41,951 nucleotides of DNA from Thiotrichales bacterium. Lineage in GTDB: Bacteria > Pseudomonadota > Gammaproteobacteria > UWMA-0217. Below the pieces are notes generated by a model. That model saw only the letters and a list, made by a program, of their open reading frames with translations, was not told where the DNA came from and ran no database searches. Positions 38,862 through 41,951 of this stretch are shown one piece after another. The number at the start of each line of letters is the position of its first letter. Position 1 is the first letter of the stretch. Made by a program: the position numbers and the translations under genes. The stretch is from contig JANTGD010000002.1 of assembly GCA_024763135.1 (NCBI GenBank), positions 1-41,951 on the forward strand, written 5' to 3'.

Positions 38862-41114
38862 TTATTGCGCTACTTCGAGCCGTTCCACTTTCTGAAATCC
38901 ACGGGGCAGCTTTCGCCCTCGTTTGCCGCGTTCTCCGTCGTACTCATCCACTTCCGCTGCACTCATAGTTTTGTGTTTTTTGCCGGCAAATACAGTGAGT
39001 TTCTCTCCAGGGCGTACCAAAGCCATCGCTGCCAGGGTCTCCTCGCGGGTTTTGAGCCTGGCCGAGGGAATATTGAGGATTTTGATCCCCTTGCCCTTGG
39101 GCATCTGTGGCAGTTCACTGAGAGGGATGACCAACAGATAGCCCGCCGTCGTTGCGGCAGCCAGCCATTGTTCTTCCAGGGATTCGATTTTGAGCGGCGG
39201 CATCACCTGCGCGCCTGTGGGCACACTGATTAATGCTTTTCCCGATTTGTTGCGTGTCAGCATGTCTTGCAGTCTGCAAATAAATCCATACCCAAAATCT
39301 GTCGCCATTAGATAGAGATCGTCGGGATGCCCCATCAACATCGCAACAAACTGCGCGCCCTCCCTGGGATTGATTCGCCTACTGAGCGGCTCGCCCTGAC
39401 CACGCGCGGAGGGTAGATCATGTGCAGTGACGTTATAACAGCGCCCTGTGGAGTCGAGAATAATGACAGGCTGGTTGCTACGTCCGCGGACCGCCGCCTG
39501 GAACCCATCGCCGGCCTTGTAATTCAGGCCCTGCGGATCAACCTCATGGCCCTTGGCCGCGCGAATCCAGCCCTGTTTTGAAAGAATGACAGTGACAGGT
39601 TCTGCGGGGAGTAAGGCATGCGGATTCAGCGCCTGGGCCGGTTGGCGATCGACGAGAGGAGAACGCCGCGCGTCCCCGTACTCTTTGGCATCGGCTTGTA
39701 TTTCCTTTTTCAGTAAACGCTTGAGACGCTGCTCAGAACCCAGTACGCGTTCCAGCTCGTCGCGCTCTTTGGCCAACTCAGCCTGCTCTGCGCGAATCTT
39801 CATTTCCTCGAGTCGCGCTAGTTGGCGTAAGCGGGTATCGAGCACATAATCGGCCTGCGTCTCACTCAAGCCAAAACGCGCCATCAACACCGGCCGGGGC
39901 TCATCCTCGCTGCGAATTATGCGGATGACCTCGTCGATGTTCAAAAACGCGATCAACAACCCTTCCAACAAATGCAGACGCTCGAGCACTTTGTCCAGAC
40001 GCCATTGTAAGCGCCGCCGCACGGTCTCTCTTCGAAAAGCCAGCCACTCGCTCAACAGCGACTGCAGCGTCTTGACCGCCGGGCGTCCATTGAGCCCGAT
40101 CATATTGAGATTGACGCGATAACTGCTTTCCAGGTCCGTCGTGGCAAACAAATGCGACATGAGTGCCTCGCGATCCACGCGATTCGATTTGGGCGTGATA
40201 ACCAGACGAGTCGGTTGCTCATGATCGGACTCATCCCGCAAGTCTTCGACCATGGGCAGTTTTTTGGCCTGCATCTGCTGCGCAATCTGTTCCAACACCT
40301 TGGAGCCGGAGACACGATAAGGTAAAGCCGTAACAATAATATCCTGCCCTTCCTGCTCCCAGCGCGCGCGCATGCGCACCGCGCCATGTCCCCGCTCGTA
40401 CAGCAACTCAAGTTCTTCGCGCGGTGTGATGATCTCGGCATCGGTGGGAAAATCCGGACCCGGTACAAATTCGCACAGCTCAGCAACCGTGGCCTTTGGA
40501 TGATCCAAAAGGTGAATGCAGGCGGCCGCCACCTCCCGCAGATTGTGTGGCGGTATATCAGTCGCCATGCCAACGGCGATCCCGGTGCTGCCATTGAGCA
40601 ACACATTGGGCAGACGCGCAGGCAACAATGCGGGTTCGCGCAGCGTACCATCGAAATTGGGCACCCAGTCCACAGTGCCCTGCCCTACCTCACTGAGCAA
40701 GATCTTCGCATAGGGCGCCAGGCGAGATTCCGTATAGCGCATTGCGGCGAACGATTTTGGATCGTCCGGGGATCCCCAATTCCCCTGCCCATCGACGATG
40801 GGATAGCGGTAGGAAAAAGGCTGGGCCATGAGCACCATTGCTTCATAACAGGCCGAATCGCCATGCGGATGATATTTACCCAGCACATCGCCAACAGTGC
40901 GGGCAGATTTCTTGTGTTTGGAGGCAGCAGAAAGCCCCAGCTCCGACATGGCATAGACGATTCGCCGCTGCACTGGCTTGAGCCCATCGCCGATATGGGG
41001 CAACGCACGATCCATTATGACGTACATCGAATAATCGAGGTACGCCTTTTCAGTAAAGGTCTTCAATGGCAATTGCTCTACGCCATCGAAGCTCAAATTG
41101 AGGTGATCACTCAT
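38862..41114 (-). CDS. parC: DNA topoisomerase IV subunit A
   Basis: Starting at ATG 41114 gives MSDHLNLSF...[15 protein letters not shown]. The active-site Tyr context is AAMRYTE. The length and the lack of a GyrA-box-type acidic tail fit ParC. Confidence 0.93.
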   Translation of the reverse strand: MSDHLNLSFDGVEQLPLKTFTEKAYLDYSMYVIMDRALPHIGDGLKPVQRRIVYAMSELGLSAASKHKKSARTVGDVLGKYHPHGDSACYEAMVLMAQPFSYRYPIVDGQGNWGSPDDPKSFAAMRYTESRLAPYAKILLSEVGQGTVDWVPNFDGTLREPALLPARLPNVLLNGSTGIAVGMATDIPPHNLREVAAACIHLLDHPKATVAELCEFVPGPDFPTDAEIITPREELELLYERGHGAVRMRARWEQEGQDIIVTALPYRVSGSKVLEQIAQQMQAKKLPMVEDLRDESDHEQPTRLVITPKSNRVDREALMSHLFATTDLESSYRVNLNMIGLNGRPAVKTLQSLLSEWLAFRRETVRRRLQWRLDKVLERLHLLEGLLIAFLNIDEVIRIIRSEDEPRPVLMARFGLSETQADYVLDTRLRQLARLEEMKIRAEQAELAKERDELERVLGSEQRLKRLLKKEIQADAKEYGDARRSPLVDRQPAQALNPHALLPAEPVTVILSKQGWIRAAKGHEVDPQGLNYKAGDGFQAAVRGRSNQPVIILDSTGRCYNVTAHDLPSARGQGEPLSRRINPREGAQFVAMLMGHPDDLYLMATDFGYGFICRLQDMLTRNKSGKALISVPTGAQVMPPLKIESLEEQWLAAATTAGYLLVIPLSELPQMPKGKGIKILNIPSARLKTREETLAAMALVRPGEKLTVFAGKKHKTMSAAEVDEYDGERGKRGRKLPRGFQKVERLEVAQ

Positions 41115-41388
41115 ACCTATCCATTTCATTTGTGAATCGCAAGGCAATCACCCTGACCAATGCGGGTCGATGTAACCCGCAGACAGAGAGTCCACTTGCC
41201 CACTCAACGAGCCAGTCGACAGGGGTGATTTAAGGAAGCGCTGATCAATTCGTAACACGACATCTTGCGGCGCGAAATCGCCCACTTCTAAGCGGCGGGT
41301 CTTCGCAATAGCCAGCAATTGCGTGCGATCCGCGCCTTGAACTGGGCGATTTTTCACCACAATCTGCTCGGCCAGAATTAATCAGGGC

Positions 41389-41529
41389 GTAACGACTCAG
41401 CGTGTTTAGATTTTGGTACCTATCAAGGCATTTTCGCACGGAGAATGTGAGCATATAGTTAATAGGTGACCATTCGAGTACGAAAATAACACCGAGATGT
41501 GGCAAAAGATGAATACGCTGAATAGTTAC
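41389..41529. mobile_element. MITE copy 2 (141 bp), same orientation as copy 1
   Basis: The ends are gtaacgactcagc and gctgaatagttac. The flanking 8-mers are atcagggc (41381-41388) and atcagagc (41530-41537), a 7/8 direct repeat. Confidence 0.7.
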
Positions 41530-41694
41530 ATCAGAGCTTCCCTAACGCGATCAGGTCAACAACAAAGCGGACCTTCTACCAGAATGGCGCACAGAATGAA
41601 ACATCAGCGCGGAAGCACCATGACGATTTGTGGACGAAACAACCGCCTGCCTCCACTACTCAGTCTGCTGGGAATATAACAACTCGGCAAGTTC

Positions 41695-41748
41695 TCAAAA
41701 AATGAAGTCACTGCGCAGATTGCCCCTGAAATACGTCGGATCAAGGGC
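41695..41748 (+). repeat. intergenic repeat R1, copy 2
   Basis: The sequence is tcaaaaaatgaagtcactgcgcagattgcccctgaaatacgtcggatcaagggc. See copy 1. Confidence 0.75.
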
Positions 41749-41857
41749 CGCGCCGCGCAGGTAATGGTCATTGCATTGCCCAGCGGCGCCTAGCTGCCTT
41801 GCCGCACACCTGCAGGCGACGGCTGAACACATGCCATTTTTAGTGCCGGTTAGTAAT

Positions 41858-41892
41858 CTAGTACACCGACAAGTCCAAACTGTCTATATCAG
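41858..41892 (-). repeat. 35-bp core of an edge repeat, inverted partner of 62-96
   Basis: See 62-96. A more diverged relative (about 60 percent by eye) lies at 21379-21409, downstream of R1 copy 1. That is the same relative order as R1 copy 2 followed by this core. Confidence 0.75.
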
Positions 41893-41951
41893 CGCAAACC
41901 CACGCGTTCAGAACAAGGCATTGTTGCGAAGCCATGGTTGTTCCATGTCGA

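Noticed and set aside
41148-41360. A 70-aa minus-strand ORF directly upstream of parC.
   Set aside because: Only a GTG start is available, with no Shine-Dalgarno motif and no recognisable motif. The frame opens 5 nt from the MITE boundary. The sequence on the other side of the MITE does not continue any ORF, so it is not a disrupted gene that I can reconstruct.
41245-41679. ORFs 41245-41505 (minus strand) and 41497-41679 (plus strand).
   Set aside because: Both start or run inside MITE copy 2 and have no coding signal. They are most likely chance frames in repeat DNA.

Overview
This window looks like a chromosomal core segment of a gammaproteobacterium. I recognise 33 protein-coding genes. 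I found no rRNA, tRNA, CRISPR array, prophage or recognisable defence locus.

Layout:
- 233-20029 is one long minus-strand run: glycerate kinase, metZ, an L,D-transpeptidase, purF, cvpA, a SPOR protein, folC, accD, trpA, trpB, trpF, truA, fimV, asd, leuB, leuD, an entericidin-like lipoprotein and leuC. A LysR regulator is divergent from it. As far as I recall, this order closely mirrors Pseudomonas PA3107-PA3122.
- 21.2-25.2 kb is an accessory-looking module that appears more AT-rich by eye. It holds a small beta-barrel outer-membrane protein and a 900-aa PKD/cadherin-repeat surface protein ending in a GlyGly-CTERM-like sorting signal. Repeats border and split this module.
- The rest of the window holds an MFS transporter, aroC, purU, prmB, an in-frame SCO1/SenC-like::Psd fusion ORF, the complete EF-P beta-lysylation set (epmA, efp, epmB), a FimW-like/FimX-like c-di-GMP and type IV pilus pair, htpX and parC.

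Most notable observations:
1. The SCO1-like::phosphatidylserine decarboxylase junction is exactly one C of a C4 run away from a canonical ATGA-coupled two-gene arrangement.
2. A roughly 140-bp MITE is present twice. It has GTAACG... terminal inverted repeats and 8-bp flanking direct repeats, a signature compatible with the IS66 family.
3. A second repeat family is present at both window edges in inverted orientation. A diverged copy lies next to the accessory module.
4. The FimX-like protein has a strongly degenerate receiver, GGDEF and EAL. It is preceded by a 589-aa protein with a split PilZ-like motif pair.

I did not find a compelling wholly new multigene system. The points above are candidates for follow-up, not demonstrated novelties.
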